DNA from: a virus
Length of the DNA stretch: 64,000 nucleotides
Strand: one strand, 5' to 3'
Virus record (IMG/VR): IMGVR_UViG_3300019757_000164
Coordinates: 60,855 to 124,854 of that record
Shown: in pieces, positions 30,151-40,812 of the stretch
Numbering within the stretch: position 1 is the stretch's first letter
How the letters are laid out: the number at the start of each line of letters is the position of its first letter
Made by a program: the position numbers and the translations under genes
Notes under the pieces: model-generated
Seen by the model: only the letters and a program-made list of their open reading frames with translations
What the model was told of the DNA's origin: nothing
Database searches by the model: none

Positions 30151-31842
30151 ATGAAAGACAATAATATTATAGTAGCCTCTGGCAATAATGTAGAAGTATC
30201 ACAGTCTGAAGATGGTTTATGTCTATATGTGACAGCTAATATGGGATTTCTAAATAACTATAACTTAAATGGAGTAATGTTGACAAACTCAGAAAAAGCA
30301 GATGAGTCTGTAAGAACTCTTATTAACAGACCAATAAAAGGAAAATTAAGAAAAGATTTTTTTGGAAATGAGAGATTTGGAAGCCATGAAGCATATGAAG
30401 ACGAAGAAGGAAGATTGAGGTTCAACACTGAAACGATTGGAACTCACTATAATGCTTTTATACAGGATGTGGAAGTTCAGTTGTTGCATGGAAGCAGAGA
30501 AAAGGCAATTTTGCCATGTATGTTTGGTCAAGCAATTATTTGGATTGATGAATATCCTTCCTATGCAGAAGCTATAGTAAAATTATATTCAGAAGGAAGG
30601 CTTGGAACAAGCTGGGAATTATTTGGCAATGACTTTACTGATGATGGAGGACTAGCTGAATCTTTAGGAATTGATAATCCAAGATCTTATTCTTCATGGA
30701 CTATGACGGCAAATACAATAATTGGGGTTCAACCAGCATATGGGGAGAATAGCAGAATAATTCATACATCTCAAGATGAAGATGCAAATAGAATATTATC
30801 CGAGGCACTTGAAAAAGACTTTTCACAAACTACAAGAAAAGAAGATTATGGTACTGGAAACTCAATAGAGATTGATAGATCCGTAGATTCTGCAAGCAAC
30901 TCTTCTTGGGGTGACGTTAATAAAACTGATCTAAGGAATAAAGCATTAAAAGCAAAAAATTATAAATCTTTAGTGGATTTTATTTATTTAGATGTAGAAG
31001 AAAGCTGGGAAGATGCACCTAGTCAAAAATTATCTTATCCAGTAGGTCAAATAATTGGAGATAGAGCTGTATATAATATCAATGGAATACAATCAGCATT
31101 GGCATTTTTAAGAAATCCAAATACTGAAAATAATCCAGAGGTAAATAGAAAATTAAGAAAACTTTATGAAAAGTTTGACTTGGATACAAAAAACTTTAAC
31201 TCAACCCATCATAACGATGATGAGGATGATTATAAAAACAATAGTGATAACCAATCTCAGAATCAAACTAGCGAATCTGAGAGTAATGGAAGGAGCACAG
31301 ACATGGAAGAAAGATTAAAGCAACTAGAACTTGATCTTGCTGAGGCTAACCAGAAGCTTAAAGAATATGAAGAAGCTGGTAAGGATGCTGAGATCGCACA
31401 ATTAAAAGAAGAGATGGAAACTCTTAAAACTGAGAAATCAGATGCAGAGGAAAAATTAGTTAAAGCTACTGAAAGTTTAGAAACTCTAACTTCTCAAGTT
31501 GAAGAATTAAAGCCTTACAAAGAGAAAATTGAAGTTATTGAAGCTGAAAAAGCTGAGACTGAAAAACAGGTTAAAATTGCTGAGTTGACAGAAATGGTGA
31601 CTAAGGGCGATTATGTAACAAAAGAAGAATTAGAAACAAGCGAAGAGTTGAAAACTATGATTTCAGAATGCAATGAAGATGCTTTAAAAGTATTCAGAGC
31701 AGAAAGAATCTTAGAAAAGCTTGACGCAGAAGAAAAGAAGGATGTTGAAACTTCACAATCTAAAGAGAAAAATACTAGAAAAGACTTCTCAGAAGATACA
31801 AAAGTTTCAAAAGATGCTATGACTGATTTTTTAAATTTATAG
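30151..31842 (+). CDS. prohead protease-scaffold fusion
   Basis: N-terminal N.NGV...GSH...TSWE...PAYG protease-like region; acidic coiled-coil C-terminus; between portal and capsid. Confidence 0.75.
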   Translation: MKDNNIIVASGNNVEVSQSEDGLCLYVTANMGFLNNYNLNGVMLTNSEKADESVRTLINRPIKGKLRKDFFGNERFGSHEAYEDEEGRLRFNTETIGTHYNAFIQDVEVQLLHGSREKAILPCMFGQAIIWIDEYPSYAEAIVKLYSEGRLGTSWELFGNDFTDDGGLAESLGIDNPRSYSSWTMTANTIIGVQPAYGENSRIIHTSQDEDANRILSEALEKDFSQTTRKEDYGTGNSIEIDRSVDSASNSSWGDVNKTDLRNKALKAKNYKSLVDFIYLDVEESWEDAPSQKLSYPVGQIIGDRAVYNINGIQSALAFLRNPNTENNPEVNRKLRKLYEKFDLDTKNFNSTHHNDDEDDYKNNSDNQSQNQTSESESNGRSTDMEERLKQLELDLAEANQKLKEYEEAGKDAEIAQLKEEMETLKTEKSDAEEKLVKATESLETLTSQVEELKPYKEKIEVIEAEKAETEKQVKIAELTEMVTKGDYVTKEELETSEELKTMISECNEDALKVFRAERILEKLDAEEKKDVETSQSKEKNTRKDFSEDTKVSKDAMTDFLNL

Positions 31843-31854
31843 GAGGAATAAGAT

Positions 31855-32316
31855 ATGTATAGAAGATTACAATCAAACTTTGGAAAAACAAAGAACGCAA
31901 TGTTTACTGCTGGTGAAGCAATGGTTAAAGGTATGTTGGTAGTAAAAGATTACTCTGACAGTACTGTAAACTTACCAGCATCTGCAACAGCAGTTAATGT
32001 ATTTATCGTAGATTTCGATCCAGAATACACTGGATTATTGTCAGTAGAGAACAATGTATCAGATTACGATGCTAGATTAAATGATATCGCATTAGGCGAC
32101 AGAGTTACTTTAGAACTTTTACAAGTTGGCGAAAAATATGGTACTGATCAATTTATCGCTACTGGTATCGCAGTAGGTGACCCATTAGAAGTAGGCACTG
32201 ATGGTAAATTAGCAAAACATACAGGTACTTCACCATTTGTTGCAACTGATATTGCATATGATGATGCAGGAAATACTTTATTAGTATTTGAAATCACTGA
32301 AACGCCATTTGCGTAA
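31855..32316 (+). CDS. capsid decoration/cement-like protein
   Basis: 153 aa, small-residue rich, directly upstream of the major capsid gene. Confidence 0.6.
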   Translation: MYRRLQSNFGKTKNAMFTAGEAMVKGMLVVKDYSDSTVNLPASATAVNVFIVDFDPEYTGLLSVENNVSDYDARLNDIALGDRVTLELLQVGEKYGTDQFIATGIAVGDPLEVGTDGKLAKHTGTSPFVATDIAYDDAGNTLLVFEITETPFA

Positions 32317-32344
32317 TAAATATAGAATATAGGAGGAAGTATAT

Positions 32345-33346
32345 ATGTTTGAATTATCAGAAGTTATGAAAAAAGACGGAAGAATGCTTGAGTGGGCGCA
32401 AAAGGTTAACGCAAGCGAAAAAGGTAAGAGAGTTACATTTTCAGAAGAAGATACACAAATTTCAGAAGCAGTTGACGTATGGGCAAAAGAAATTGGTGAA
32501 GGTAAGAGATCATCAAGAGAATTATCTGCTTATTTACAAAAAGTAATCCAGCCGGAAGTTTATGATGCTCCAATGGATTTATTAAATATGTTCTTTATGG
32601 AAAATCCATCTATTGGTGAATTTGACGACTGGACTATCGATAAAGCTCCAAAGAATACATTACAAGCTTACGAATCAGCTAAAAATGGTAATGTAGATAA
32701 GTCTTATGTTGACTTTGAGAAAATCGTTCCAGTTACTAAGCATTTACAAATTGAAACTGAATTAAAGATGATGGACTTAAGAAAAGGTGGATTTAAGTCA
32801 GTTGCTTTAATGACTGAATGGGCTATTAATGAGTTTAGAAATAGAATGTTTTTCTATATGTTTGATACAATAGACGCTACAATCACTGGCGCAGATCAAA
32901 CAGCTACAGCATCTGGCGCACCTGACAAAACAACTATGGACAAGATGGCTAAATATGTTAGATCTGAATTAGTTTCTGGTACTCCAATGACTTTGTCTAA
33001 CTCTGACAGAGCGTTTGAGATTAGTGAATTACCGGGTGCGACTTTACTTTCAGACCCTATGAGAGATGAAATTAATACTACTGGTATTTTAGCTACTTAT
33101 AGACAATTAAAGATTAACGAAATTGCGGCTTCTAGAGAAACTGGTAATGGCGATAAATTAATCAATCCAGACAGAGTTTATGGTATCGCTGGTCAAATCG
33201 GCGAGAGAGCACTCAAGGGTCAATTGAGAGTTTTATCTGCTGAAGATATCAACAACGAAGTTATTGAACTTAAGTTTACTGGATTTGAGTTTACTTATGC
33301 GATCACTTATCCAGAAAAAGTTTTTAAATTAACAATTACTGCATAA
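32345..33346 (+). CDS. major capsid protein
   Basis: 333 aa, strongly biased codons, position after scaffold/decoration genes, followed by a terminator. Confidence 0.8.
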   Translation: MFELSEVMKKDGRMLEWAQKVNASEKGKRVTFSEEDTQISEAVDVWAKEIGEGKRSSRELSAYLQKVIQPEVYDAPMDLLNMFFMENPSIGEFDDWTIDKAPKNTLQAYESAKNGNVDKSYVDFEKIVPVTKHLQIETELKMMDLRKGGFKSVALMTEWAINEFRNRMFFYMFDTIDATITGADQTATASGAPDKTTMDKMAKYVRSELVSGTPMTLSNSDRAFEISELPGATLLSDPMRDEINTTGILATYRQLKINEIAASRETGNGDKLINPDRVYGIAGQIGERALKGQLRVLSAEDINNEVIELKFTGFEFTYAITYPEKVFKLTITA

Positions 33347-33354
33347 AAAGTAAT

Positions 33355-33381
33355 GGACTGTCTTTTGGCAGTCCTTATTTT
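33355..33381 (+). terminator. intrinsic terminator after capsid gene
   Basis: GGACTGTC-TTTT-GGCAGTCC then TTATTTT. Confidence 0.7.
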
Positions 33382-33405
33382 CCAAATTAGAAGGGAGAGA
33401 AAAGT

Positions 33406-34062
33406 ATGAAAGAAAAATATATCGTAAATAATTTTTATAATTTTATCAGTTTACCAACAGAGGACATTAAAAAGCCTTTATATATTGATGCAGGAAATTT
33501 GAATTCTCTGGAGCCTAGATTTAAGAAATTGACTTTAGATGAAATTAGATATATCAATTTAATGTCTGATGTTTTTAAAACAGGAAGATTGGAATTCTTA
33601 AGAGATGATGAAGAAGAGTTGTTTGAAGAACTTGGTATTGAAAAAGAAGAAGGAACATTTTTCTATGCTGAAGACGTACTAGATACAGTAAAACATCCAA
33701 CTAAAGAAAAACTAGAAAAAGTTGTCAAAATTAACAGCTTAAATACAATTGATTTATTCAGAGGTATTGTTATTTCGTTCAGAAATTTAGGAAATGAAGA
33801 CGTTTCAAATAGAGTGCTTACTGTTGTTAACAAGAGAAGAGATGAAGTTTACGCTAATCCGGGGAAAGAGACTACAATTTCTATTAAGAAAACAAGTGCT
33901 GAAGTAGAAATAGAAACAAGAGAAAAAGCTATGGAAGAAGCTATGGCAAGTGCTTTAGCAGATATGCAAGCAAAACTCAAGAAAGATTACGATAAAAAGC
34001 TTAAGAAAGAATTAGATAAAATTAAAAAAGAAGCTAAAAAAGAGGAAGATAGTAATAAATAA
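33406..34062 (+). CDS. head-associated phage protein
   Basis: position after capsid gene; GAAGGGAGAG SD-like motif. Confidence 0.65.
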   Translation: MKEKYIVNNFYNFISLPTEDIKKPLYIDAGNLNSLEPRFKKLTLDEIRYINLMSDVFKTGRLEFLRDDEEELFEELGIEKEEGTFFYAEDVLDTVKHPTKEKLEKVVKINSLNTIDLFRGIVISFRNLGNEDVSNRVLTVVNKRRDEVYANPGKETTISIKKTSAEVEIETREKAMEEAMASALADMQAKLKKDYDKKLKKELDKIKKEAKKEEDSNK

Positions 34063-34092
34063 TAAAAACATACATTAAGGGGGTGTGTTCTA

Positions 34093-35244
34093 GTGAATAA
34101 AAGTAATAAAAAAAGAACACATCATGAATTCCTTGATGAGTTGAGAATTAAAAATAAATATGCGTATGATAATTTAGTATTTGTTGAAGAGTACATTAAT
34201 TGCAAACAAAAGATTACAGCAAGAAGTAGGTATGGATTAGTCTGGGTTTATCCGGGACATCTCCTAAAAGGTGCTGTATGGACGAATAATTCAGCTTTAG
34301 ATAAAACCAGCTATTTTATAGAAAAATTAAAGTATGTAAATCCTAGAATTTCAGAATCAATAATAAGATTCAACAGTGAATATATTTCAGGATATAAGAA
34401 TATTCGATTCGAAACAAAATATGGTGAATGTGCTATTTCTCCAAACAGACTACTAAATCTTAAAGATGAAATTGGCATAAAAAGTGCAGTTGACAAAACC
34501 GACTACTTCATGCGCGAGTTAAGAGATATTAATAAGAGTTGTTTTGACAGGATATTATATTTGACAAGTGAGTATGAAGGTGCATTGAAAAAGATAAAAT
34601 TCATGACTAATCACGGAGAGTGTGCAATGTCTCCCGACTCCATGAAATCAAAAAAAGCTATGCCAACATTTGAGTCAGCACTCAATAAGACACAGTACTT
34701 AATATCAGAGGCTAGGGAAATTCATGGCGACTTATATGATTACAGTATGTTTGAATACACAGGCAGTAGTCACACACTTTATCCAATAATATGTAAAGAA
34801 CATGAAGTATTTCATCAAGACTTTGCTAGTCATAAACAAGGATTTGGGTGCAAAAAGTGTTCAGATGCTAAAAAAGATGGGTTTTATTCTGTGTATCGTG
34901 CGAACAAAAATGAGAAAGAATATAAAGCCATGAAATCGGGGGTATATATTCTTGAGATGGCAGATGAAAATGAAAAATTTTACAAGATAGGGTTGTCAAA
35001 AAACGTAAATAAAAGAAGATCTCAAATAGAAAAAAGAAGTAATTACTCTGTTACATTGTTATGGTCATTAGACTGCAATTTATATGATGCAATAATGATA
35101 GAGAATAAGTTACATGATATAAATAAAGAATTCAAGTACAACCCAAATACTTATTTTGAAGGATATACGGAAAGTTTTTTAAAATTATCAAAAGAGACGA
35201 TATTAAAGATGAGAGGAGGGATACTAGATGAACACAACGTTTGA
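34093..35244 (+). CDS. homing-endonuclease-like protein: three internal repeats, DUF723-like Zn module, GIY-YIG/T5orf172-type C-terminus
   Basis: repeats A.DKT.Y...E/K; HGDLYDYS...CKEH...GCKKC; GVYIL...FYKIGLS....KRR...IE..LH...GYTESF. Confidence 0.75.
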   Translation: MNKSNKKRTHHEFLDELRIKNKYAYDNLVFVEEYINCKQKITARSRYGLVWVYPGHLLKGAVWTNNSALDKTSYFIEKLKYVNPRISESIIRFNSEYISGYKNIRFETKYGECAISPNRLLNLKDEIGIKSAVDKTDYFMRELRDINKSCFDRILYLTSEYEGALKKIKFMTNHGECAMSPDSMKSKKAMPTFESALNKTQYLISEAREIHGDLYDYSMFEYTGSSHTLYPIICKEHEVFHQDFASHKQGFGCKKCSDAKKDGFYSVYRANKNEKEYKAMKSGVYILEMADENEKFYKIGLSKNVNKRRSQIEKRSNYSVTLLWSLDCNLYDAIMIENKLHDINKEFKYNPNTYFEGYTESFLKLSKETILKMRGGILDEHNV

Positions 35245-35708
35245 TGAAGTATATAATATTTTCTTCTTGAAGATTGTGGAGAATCCCTGACTTCTTCGGG
35301 TATACAAACGTACCTGATGCAGAAGTCCTAGAATTAATGGAGACTAACGCATTTAACTATATGATAGAATCAATTTCTATGATAGAAACTTATGCAGAAC
35401 CTGAAGTGGACTTTAACGATTACAACACAACAACAGATGAATTTAATTTTGAATTAACGAAAAAAGAAATACAGATGCTTACGAATCTTATGGTTCAACA
35501 ACATCTATATAGAGATATTATGAAGCTTAAGATATACAATTCTTACTTTACCACGCAGGAAGTTCGGATATTTTCTCCGGCAAATGATAGAAAGACATTT
35601 GTTGATATGTTTAGAGATATTGAGGATAGAAATATAAAAGAGATAAAATCATATAATTCAAGAGACAGACTGACAGGTTCACTCAAATCATATAGTGGGG
35701 TGGTATAA
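35228..35708 (+). CDS. head-tail adaptor, frameshifted (+1) at CCC-TGA 35285-35290
   Basis: GAGGAGG SD before ATG 35228 (MNTTFDEVYNIFFLKIVENP); continues in the +1 frame as DFFGYTNV...; joined product 159 aa. Confidence 0.7.
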
Positions 35709-37000
35709 TGGTAGATTTAACATTATATCGAAAACTGGCTGGAACTTACCAAGTAGGTAGTTCCCAAGAAAATGCAATTAATCAATTTGTATATCAATCT
35801 GATAAAATATGGGATGAAACATTGAGTACATATCATTTGTTAGCTCTATCTAAACGTGGTGATGATGTTGAGATAACAAACCGATCAAACGTATCAGTGC
35901 CTGACAGAGCAGTCTTTAATTATAATAAAGAATACAGCAGAAGTACAATGTTAGAAGGTCAAGAGAGATGTTTCTTAGAAAAAGATTCAGTTGAAGTTGG
36001 ATACTATGTAAAAAGAGTAAGAACTGATGAGACTTATCTTATAGAGACATTAACTGAGGACAAGTTTTTATTTGAAGATGCGTTTGTAAGAAAATGTAAT
36101 ACAAAATTAAATTTCATAGACAATCAAGGTTCAATAAGAACTTATCCATGTGTATATAGAATATCATCTAGAACAGAAAAAGATACGACAGAAAATAAGT
36201 ATATAGAAGTAACAACAGGTGATGCATATATAGAAGTTCAATACAATGATTTCACATCTGAGCTGACTAATCAAGATGGAACTAGATTTATATTGAGCAA
36301 GGATGAATGTTATACTTTAAAAAATGCATATAATCAGTTTGTAAACGGTTTAGTCTATATTAAACTTGAACAATCTGAGATTAACTTTGACACTGATAAG
36401 TATGTTGATTTAGGTGACGGAACTTTTGGATGGATTGCTGATTATGAAAACAGAGATGTATTTACTATTACAATTGATCAATCTGATAGTGAAATAGTTA
36501 CTGGAAACACATTACAATTAACTGCACAAGTTTTAAAGAATGACCAAGTTGTAGAAGAAGATATAACGTGGACTAGTGATAATGAAACGGTGGCTACAGT
36601 TGATTCGACTGGATTACTCACAACTATTACTGATGGTGTTGTTAATATAACAGCTTCACTTACAGACAATTCAGGTGTAAATGATAGTGTACAGATAACA
36701 GCTACAACAAGTGTGGTTGAAAATTATTCTATTCAATTTAATCCAGACACAGAAGATATTTTACTAAGTTCAATTTTAGAAGTCAATACAAAATTATTAA
36801 ATAATGGCGTTGATACAACAGATACATTTACTTATAGTATAGTTGGAGGTACTGCGCAAATTTCCGACTATGAGTTTATTGTAGTGGATGGGAATAATTT
36901 TACTTTGACAAATAATAATTTTGGTGGAACAGTGATAGTGAGATGTGTAAGTGGCGTTCATACGATTGATAAAACATATACATTAAAGTATTTTTACTAG
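35708..37000 (+). CDS. head-tail/neck protein with bacterial Ig-like (Big_2) domain
   Basis: GNTLQLTA...ITWTSDNETVATVDSTGLLT...G.VNITAS. Confidence 0.8.
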   Translation: MVDLTLYRKLAGTYQVGSSQENAINQFVYQSDKIWDETLSTYHLLALSKRGDDVEITNRSNVSVPDRAVFNYNKEYSRSTMLEGQERCFLEKDSVEVGYYVKRVRTDETYLIETLTEDKFLFEDAFVRKCNTKLNFIDNQGSIRTYPCVYRISSRTEKDTTENKYIEVTTGDAYIEVQYNDFTSELTNQDGTRFILSKDECYTLKNAYNQFVNGLVYIKLEQSEINFDTDKYVDLGDGTFGWIADYENRDVFTITIDQSDSEIVTGNTLQLTAQVLKNDQVVEEDITWTSDNETVATVDSTGLLTTITDGVVNITASLTDNSGVNDSVQITATTSVVENYSIQFNPDTEDILLSSILEVNTKLLNNGVDTTDTFTYSIVGGTAQISDYEFIVVDGNNFTLTNNNFGGTVIVRCVSGVHTIDKTYTLKYFY

Positions 37001-37012
37001 GAGGTGATTGTT

Positions 37013-37504
37013 ATTGCTAATGTATTCGAATTAATTGATAAAAATATCGATGATATCTTTAAATTTATCTTACAGAACGATGATATAAAAAGATTATTGG
37101 GAAACAATTTAAAAACAGCATTAACAGATGAAGTTCCTACTAAAGATTGGATTAATGACTATTTGTTTGATACTCCAAGAGTACCAGATACTACTAGCCA
37201 AGTCAAATCTTTCATTATGATAGAAATGGATGAAGTGGGCAAGTCTGGCGCGAACAACACATACCAGTTTGATGCGAAAATTACATTGGATGTTATATGC
37301 CATGAAGATGTTACTAGATTAACAAATGGTAGAAGAATATATAAACTACTTGGACTAATTAATGATGAAATGGCTAGAATTGATACGCCAAGCATAAAAG
37401 GCAAGTTCACTTATAACCGATGTAGAAAGATGGTATATTCAAATGAATTTCAAGGCTACAGGTTGAGTTATGTGGTAACTAATAAAGCTCAGAATTGCGG
37501 TTAA
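37013..37504 (+). CDS. tail terminator/completion-like protein
   Basis: position before tail tube; GTG at 37004 lies inside the SD GGAGGTGA, so ATT 37013 is the probable start. Confidence 0.6.
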   Translation: MANVFELIDKNIDDIFKFILQNDDIKRLLGNNLKTALTDEVPTKDWINDYLFDTPRVPDTTSQVKSFIMIEMDEVGKSGANNTYQFDAKITLDVICHEDVTRLTNGRRIYKLLGLINDEMARIDTPSIKGKFTYNRCRKMVYSNEFQGYRLSYVVTNKAQNCG

Positions 37505-37505
37505 T

Positions 37506-38249
37506 ATGGGATATGCTAAAATAGATGATGGAATGAGATTGAAAATACTAAGATCTAAACCAATATTCATAGATGAAGCAATAACATTGAAGCAGTACAC
37601 TATAAACCAAATCTTAGATGATGAGAAACTTTCTAAGTATAATTCATATGTCGCCATGATTATAAATAGCCCATATGACAACAGAGTTGCTCTCTATTCT
37701 TCAAATATGATATACAGTGACATAAGTCATTGGAATATGTTCTTGAGTTTTCTTTTTTCAGAAGAGACAAGAGAAGATATTATGAATGGAATGAGACTAC
37801 TGTTCGACATGGACTTGGAAGATATGTTGGTAAATAGAAGAGGTGACTTAATAGAATTGGTATGTCCGATAACAGGGTATGTTTTTGATGAATTTAAATT
37901 TATTAATTGTATATCAATTTATAGAGAGATACAAGGGTTACAATCTGACGAACCAAGCTTCGCAAATAAGTCTGCAATTATGTATGAACTAAAAAGAGAA
38001 GTTAGAAGACAAAAGAAAAAAAGAAACATATCAAATGTAACATTAAATAGTATGATTGAGGGTTTGGCATTTGGTAATTCAAATCTAACATTAGATGAAG
38101 TATTTGGTTTGACGATGTATCAATTAAATAGAGCGATATATCGTATAGATAAAAGTAAAAAATATTCCAGTGTGATGACAGGTATATACACTGGAAATGT
38201 AAAAGCTGACGATGTTAACTTTTCAAAAGTTAGTTGGTTTAGCAAATAG
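37506..38249 (+). CDS. tail-module phage protein
   Basis: 247 aa between tail completion and tail tube genes; GIYTGNV C-terminal motif. Confidence 0.65.
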   Translation: MGYAKIDDGMRLKILRSKPIFIDEAITLKQYTINQILDDEKLSKYNSYVAMIINSPYDNRVALYSSNMIYSDISHWNMFLSFLFSEETREDIMNGMRLLFDMDLEDMLVNRRGDLIELVCPITGYVFDEFKFINCISIYREIQGLQSDEPSFANKSAIMYELKREVRRQKKKRNISNVTLNSMIEGLAFGNSNLTLDEVFGLTMYQLNRAIYRIDKSKKYSSVMTGIYTGNVKADDVNFSKVSWFSK

Positions 38250-38267
38250 AATAAGGAGGAATATATT

Positions 38268-39071
38268 ATGGCAAGTCCTAAAAGTTTTTCTATGCAAGGC
38301 GCATTAGATGTGGATATTTTTAATCTAGAAACAGATTTAATTGAAGCGTCATTGGAGGATTGCTTGACTACAACTATTAATGTAGAAGCAACAAAAGTAT
38401 ATACACTTGGCAAGGGTGGAGCATATTTGGCGGGTTTTAGCCACTCACGTAGAATTCCAGTAACACTACAACATGGTTATCCAACATCTGAAATTCTTTC
38501 AATTCAGTCTGGGCAAGACATTGCGATCGGTGTCAATAACGAAGTTGTAAAGAAAGATATTGTAGTTGTAAATTCAGACGCAAGCGAAACGACATTCACA
38601 GCACTTGGAACAGCAGGAGAAGAAATTGGAGTTATTTATACTCTTAATTCTGACGGTTCTTTTGGGGAGAAATTTACACAGGCTGGCACTGCTGGTGCAG
38701 GAACTTTTTCTTATACAGTGGGAACGAAAGCACTGGCTTTTGAGGCATCTGCAATATCCGACGGTACTCAAATTGTTATGTTCTACAAATACACTACTGA
38801 TGCAACAGCACAAACAATTAAGTTTGATTCAGATATTTTTGCCGGTGATAAGAAGGTTGTAATGACCGGATTAGCAGTAGATAACTGTTCTGGAAAGCAA
38901 TACAAAGCTCAATTAATATTCAGAAAAATGTCCATTATGGATGGTTTTACTTATACGCTGGAAGAAACTGGAGATCCAGTAGTACAGGACATGAATATGG
39001 AGGCTCTTGCTCCATGTGGCACTAATACCATGATGGAATGGGTAATCTTTGATGAAGATTTAGCTACATAA
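38268..39071 (+). CDS. major tail tube protein
   Basis: 267 aa, Thr/Gly/Ala-rich, strong SD, position in tail module. Confidence 0.75.
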   Translation: MASPKSFSMQGALDVDIFNLETDLIEASLEDCLTTTINVEATKVYTLGKGGAYLAGFSHSRRIPVTLQHGYPTSEILSIQSGQDIAIGVNNEVVKKDIVVVNSDASETTFTALGTAGEEIGVIYTLNSDGSFGEKFTQAGTAGAGTFSYTVGTKALAFEASAISDGTQIVMFYKYTTDATAQTIKFDSDIFAGDKKVVMTGLAVDNCSGKQYKAQLIFRKMSIMDGFTYTLEETGDPVVQDMNMEALAPCGTNTMMEWVIFDEDLAT

Positions 39072-39084
39072 GTAGGTGGTTTAT

Positions 39085-39297
39085 ATGAAAGTTAAATACA
39101 GAGGCTCTTTAAGCACAGGTGAAGTAGTTGATATTATCAAATTTGACGGATTAATTGCCAAGTGTACAGATGCAATTGACAGACATATCGATGATTTTAA
39201 TACCATCTTTTACTCAGGACAACAGTTCAAGAAAGACATTTTAAAAGCCGAAGTTGAAGCTGTAGAGAAGAAGTCATCGGTTAAAAAAACAAAATGA
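39085..39297 (+). CDS. small hypothetical protein
   Basis: AGGTGG SD before ATG 39085. Confidence 0.6.
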   Translation: MKVKYRGSLSTGEVVDIIKFDGLIAKCTDAIDRHIDDFNTIFYSGQQFKKDILKAEVEAVEKKSSVKKTK

Positions 39298-39317
39298 TGT
39301 TGATTGCAAAAATGTAG

Positions 39318-39346
39318 TTGACATTTTATTGATAGCATGATAAACT
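39318..39346 (+). promoter_or_regulatory. sigmaA-type promoter for HNH gene
   Basis: TTGACA-17 bp-TAAACT with TG extension. Confidence 0.65.
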
Positions 39347-39351
39347 AAATA

Positions 39352-39441
39352 TAAAGACTATTGAGGAGTCATGACCTCTGAAGTGCATAGTGGATAACCT
39401 TTTATATTCACTATGTGTCTTTAATATATTTAAAAAGGAGG
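39352..39441 (+). promoter_or_regulatory. three-way-junction/pseudoknot leader of HNH gene
   Basis: TAAAGAC/GTCTTTA stem, GAGG-AGTCATGA-CCTC and a 12-bp hairpin; loop CCTTTT complementary to AAAAGG overlapping the SD. Confidence 0.6.
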
Positions 39442-39448
39442 ATATTAG

Positions 39449-40654
39449 ATGCTAATTTCAAAAACAATGAATGTGGTAATAAGCAATAGAACGATGAGTT
39501 ATTTTGATAATTTAGGGTATGAAATTCCTAAAAAAATAGGGGCACGAGGATATCCTGTATTTGTAAAAGGATCAGAAATTGAAATAGATATTAAACACGC
39601 TCTAGAAAATTCAAAAGAGCTAGTTAAAGTGCAGTGTGATTATTGTGGAAAAATTAAAGATGAAAAATATTGCAATTATGCAAACAGTGTAAAAACACTG
39701 AACAAGTATGCGTGTTCTGATTGTAAAGGATTAAAAATCAAAGAATTAAATAAAAAAACAGTATCTGAGTACATTGGGTATTTCAAAAATGAAGGATATT
39801 CATGTATAAGCAATGAGCAAGATATAGTTGATAGAAAGAAGTATAAGTTTAAATTATCATGCTCCAACAATCATATATGGGAAGTAACTTACGATTCTTT
39901 TCGAGGATGCAAGAATGGATGTCCAGAATGTGCTGGAATAATTAAAAAATGGACTTATAAAATGGCGTGTGATTATTTGATTAATAAAGGGTCAAAGATG
40001 ATTAGTGGCGAAAAAGAATTCACAGATGCTAAAAATTCAGTGATAAAATATAGATGTTCCTGTGGTAATATAGACGAGAAAAGGTTCTCTGCATTTTATG
40101 AAACACCTTCGTGTAGTAGTTGTCAAAAAAGAAATAAATATAGTCAAAAAGAGGTTGACGAATTATTTAGGTCTATGAATTGGCAATTACTTTCAATATA
40201 TAAAAATAACAACACGCCTATGGACTATATATGTGAAAGAGGTCACAAACAAAATATAACATTATCAAATCTATTAAAGGGAGTAAGGTGTAGAAAGTGC
40301 TATAATGAAGATAATTCCGGAGAGAATCACCATAATTGGAACCACAACAAGAAGAAAGAAGACAGACTTGATGATAGGAAATATCACGAATATAATGTGT
40401 GGAGAAAAGAAGTGTTTGAAAGAGACAATTATGAGTGTCAAATTTGTGGTGATAAAAAAGGTGGAAATTTAAATGCTCATCATAAAGATGGATACAATTG
40501 GTGCAAAGAAAGAAGGACTGATGTATCAAACGCAGTAACAATGTGTAATATATGCCATACTGAATTCCATTCCAAGTATGGCTACGGAGATAACACCGAA
40601 CAACAACTTATAGAATGGATACAACTCAGACAACTTAACGTGCAAAATACGTAA
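39449..40654 (+). CDS. free-standing HNH endonuclease with multiple Zn-ribbon repeats
   Basis: WRKEVFERDNYECQICG...LNAHH...NAVTMCNICHTEFH..YG. Confidence 0.88.
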   Translation: MLISKTMNVVISNRTMSYFDNLGYEIPKKIGARGYPVFVKGSEIEIDIKHALENSKELVKVQCDYCGKIKDEKYCNYANSVKTLNKYACSDCKGLKIKELNKKTVSEYIGYFKNEGYSCISNEQDIVDRKKYKFKLSCSNNHIWEVTYDSFRGCKNGCPECAGIIKKWTYKMACDYLINKGSKMISGEKEFTDAKNSVIKYRCSCGNIDEKRFSAFYETPSCSSCQKRNKYSQKEVDELFRSMNWQLLSIYKNNNTPMDYICERGHKQNITLSNLLKGVRCRKCYNEDNSGENHHNWNHNKKKEDRLDDRKYHEYNVWRKEVFERDNYECQICGDKKGGNLNAHHKDGYNWCKERRTDVSNAVTMCNICHTEFHSKYGYGDNTEQQLIEWIQLRQLNVQNT

Positions 40655-40812
40655 TTGTATGTTAAACAAAACTAAACAATATGGAGGATTGATACAGAAG
40701 AGATAGTAATAATAACACTATTGCAATTTGTGTTAGTCCTCTTTTTTTTACATAATAAATCTATTATTGTGTATAAATAAGACGATCAATTAATAGAAGG
40801 GACGTGGATTAA

